A stretch of DNA of 63,560 bases, the filler included, from Octopus bimaculoides (Eukaryota), in NCBI RefSeq assembly GCF_001194135.2. It is 7 parts of 6 records of this genome, joined end to end, with 100 filler letters (N's around TTAATTAATTAA, not from the genome) between each part and the next. Parts side by side here need not be neighbours in the genome. Positions count along the whole stretch, not along the records: positions 61,420 to 63,560 come from NW_026390311.1; 6 more parts are not named here. One strand, 5' to 3'. Shown here piece by piece: positions 61,686 to 63,560 of this stretch; position 1 is the first letter of the stretch; every line of letters begins with the position of its first letter. A program made the position numbers and the translations under genes. The notes under the pieces were generated by a model. That model was given only the letters and a program-made list of their open reading frames with translations. It was not told the origin of the DNA and searched no databases.

Positions 61686-63560
61686 TGGGGAAGAATGTGG
61701 AAAATGAGAATGGTATGTATCAATAAGAGGATAACATAGAGGAAGAGAGTAAAAGAATAAGGAAATGGAAAGAGAAGGAAAAGAGGCATAAAACTTCATA
61801 GTTCAACTTTCCGTAGAAGTCAAAGCAGGGGACCTTAGGTGTAGTCCTGCGTATATCAATGAGTGTACCTAACCGTTTAAATCACCTGTGAATTAAACCC
61901 CCATACTTTGTACTTTGTGTATATATATATATATATNNNNNNNNNNNNNNNNNNNNNNNNNNNNNNNNNNNNNNNNNNNNNNNNNNNNNNNNNNNNNNNN
62001 NNNNNNNNNNNNNNNNNNNNNNNNNNNNNNNNNNNNNNNNNNNNNNNNNNNNNNNNNNNNNNNNNNNNNNNNNNNNNNNNNNNNNNNNNNNNNNNNNNNN
62101 NNNNNNNNNNNNNNNNNNNNNNNNNNNNNNNNNNNNNNNNNNNNNNNNNNNNNNNNNNNNNNNNNNNNNNNNNNNNNNNNNNNNNNNNNNNNNNNNNNNN
62201 NNNNNNNNNNNNNNNNNNNNNNNNNNNNNNNNNNNNNNNNNNNNNNNNNNNNNNNNNNNNNNNNNNNNNNNNNNNNNNNNNNNNNNNNNNNNNNNNNNNN
62301 NNNNNNNNNNNNNNNNNNNNNNNNNNNNNNNNNNNNNNNNNNNNNNNNNNNNNNNNNNNNNNNNNNNNNNNNNNNNNNNNNNNNNNNNNNNNNNNNNNNN
62401 NNNNNNNNNNNNNNNNNNNNNNNNNNNNNNNNNNNNNNNNNNNNNNNNNNNNNNNNNTTCATATATTTATCTACCGTCCAGTGCTTGCAATATAATTACC
62501 ATATTCGGTAATAAAATATTTACCTACAATCATGTGATAACAGGACAAAATATCTACAAGAACTATAACAGAAATACAAAAAAAAACTAATCTCTTAAAT
62601 TATTATTATTGTTGTTGTTGTTACTGTTATTATTATTGTCATTATTATTATCATCCTCATTATTATTGTTATTATTATTATTATTATCTTCATGGTTATT
62701 ATTATTATATTTTTTAAGTGTCCACCATCATTGATTTGTTTGAGAGTAACTGAGATGGAAAAATAGTTATGAATCAGTTTATAGCTGTGTCTGCAATGGC
62801 GTCGAATGAACCTGCAAACAGATTGATATATTACAGCTTCAACGTAAACAGCCTAAATATGCTGCTACCTAAATATTTTGCAGACTTTCCGGACATAGAC
62901 GACATTTTTGTTTTTGTTTAGGTGTTATTGTATCATTATTGAATTACAGAATTGGTAAGCAATAGTGTTGCAAAGTGATAAACTATTTAGAAATCTCACT
63001 CGCTGATCAACGTTATTGTTTCCTGTGTCAAATCTAAATTATTATTGATGCAATTTTATTTGTGTGTTTTTTGTGGTTTCTATATTCTGTAGATTCTTTC
63101 TTTTTTTTTTTTCAAAAAATATTATTCCGTGTCTAATCACTAACTATGGCTTGCTGTCAATATTAATAAAGGTAGAGGATGTACACAGGCAAAATGGCAG
63201 GGGATTCTTATAAGCAGAGTGGTAGACAAGGCAGTGGGAAACTGGTTGAATCAAAAGAGTGTCGGACAGAATGTTCAGTCATTGGTAGAATCGGTTGAGC
63301 GTCGGGTAGAATGGGGAAATGGTAGAATCAGAAAACAGTATTATCTGTATCTTATTGCACTTTCTTCCGTCCTTTTTTCAAATTCCACTATGACCGAACT
63401 TTCTAAGTCTCTCTAAAGGAGAGATACGGCAGCAGTACTGGGTATTAATGTTCATTGCCAAACTAACGCGGGAGTCCAGAGAAATAGAACGAATGCTGCT
63501 GTCGATTAGCTCGGAGAGGCGATTGCCTTAAGCTATCTATGTAACGCCCAAATATATAAA

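Noticed and set aside
5454-62511. Long ORFs full of X, YI/HT/CV or LS/ER repeats in the ORF track
   Set aside because: They are read-through of N gaps and (TA)n, (CA)n, (GA)n or (ATCC)n microsatellites, not proteins.

Overview
This is AT-rich eukaryotic (metazoan) genomic DNA with many N gaps, microsatellites and tRNA-derived SINEs. The repeat content suggests an octopod cephalopod (inference). There are no prokaryotic features such as CRISPR arrays or rRNA. Genic content is sparse. (1) The terminal exon of an upstream gene encodes a probable GPI-anchor signal (4218-4483, +). (2) A convergent (tail-to-tail) pair of paralogous TNF-superfamily ligand genes. Gene B (minus strand) is complete with 4 exons (33597-33388, 30655-30577, 29646-29599, 27804-27434; 235 aa type II membrane protein) and a TATA/Inr promoter. 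Gene A (plus strand) has exons 2-4 (15649-15691, 17384-17431, 21305-21693); its exon 1 is unresolved. The introns of the two paralogs still align by eye and give reciprocal empty sites for several transposon insertions, while the TNF-domain exon is only about 38% identical in protein. A third partial copy of gene B lies between the genes. The rest is transposon debris (mariner, Tc1, hAT/Merlin/piggyBac-type MITEs, HINEs, RTE, CR1, Tx1, R4/Dong, Penelope). It includes a well-formed type I hammerhead ribozyme inside a roughly 505-bp direct-repeat unit and three more degenerate hammerhead motifs. Almost all ORFs in the supplied track are artefacts of microsatellites or N gaps.
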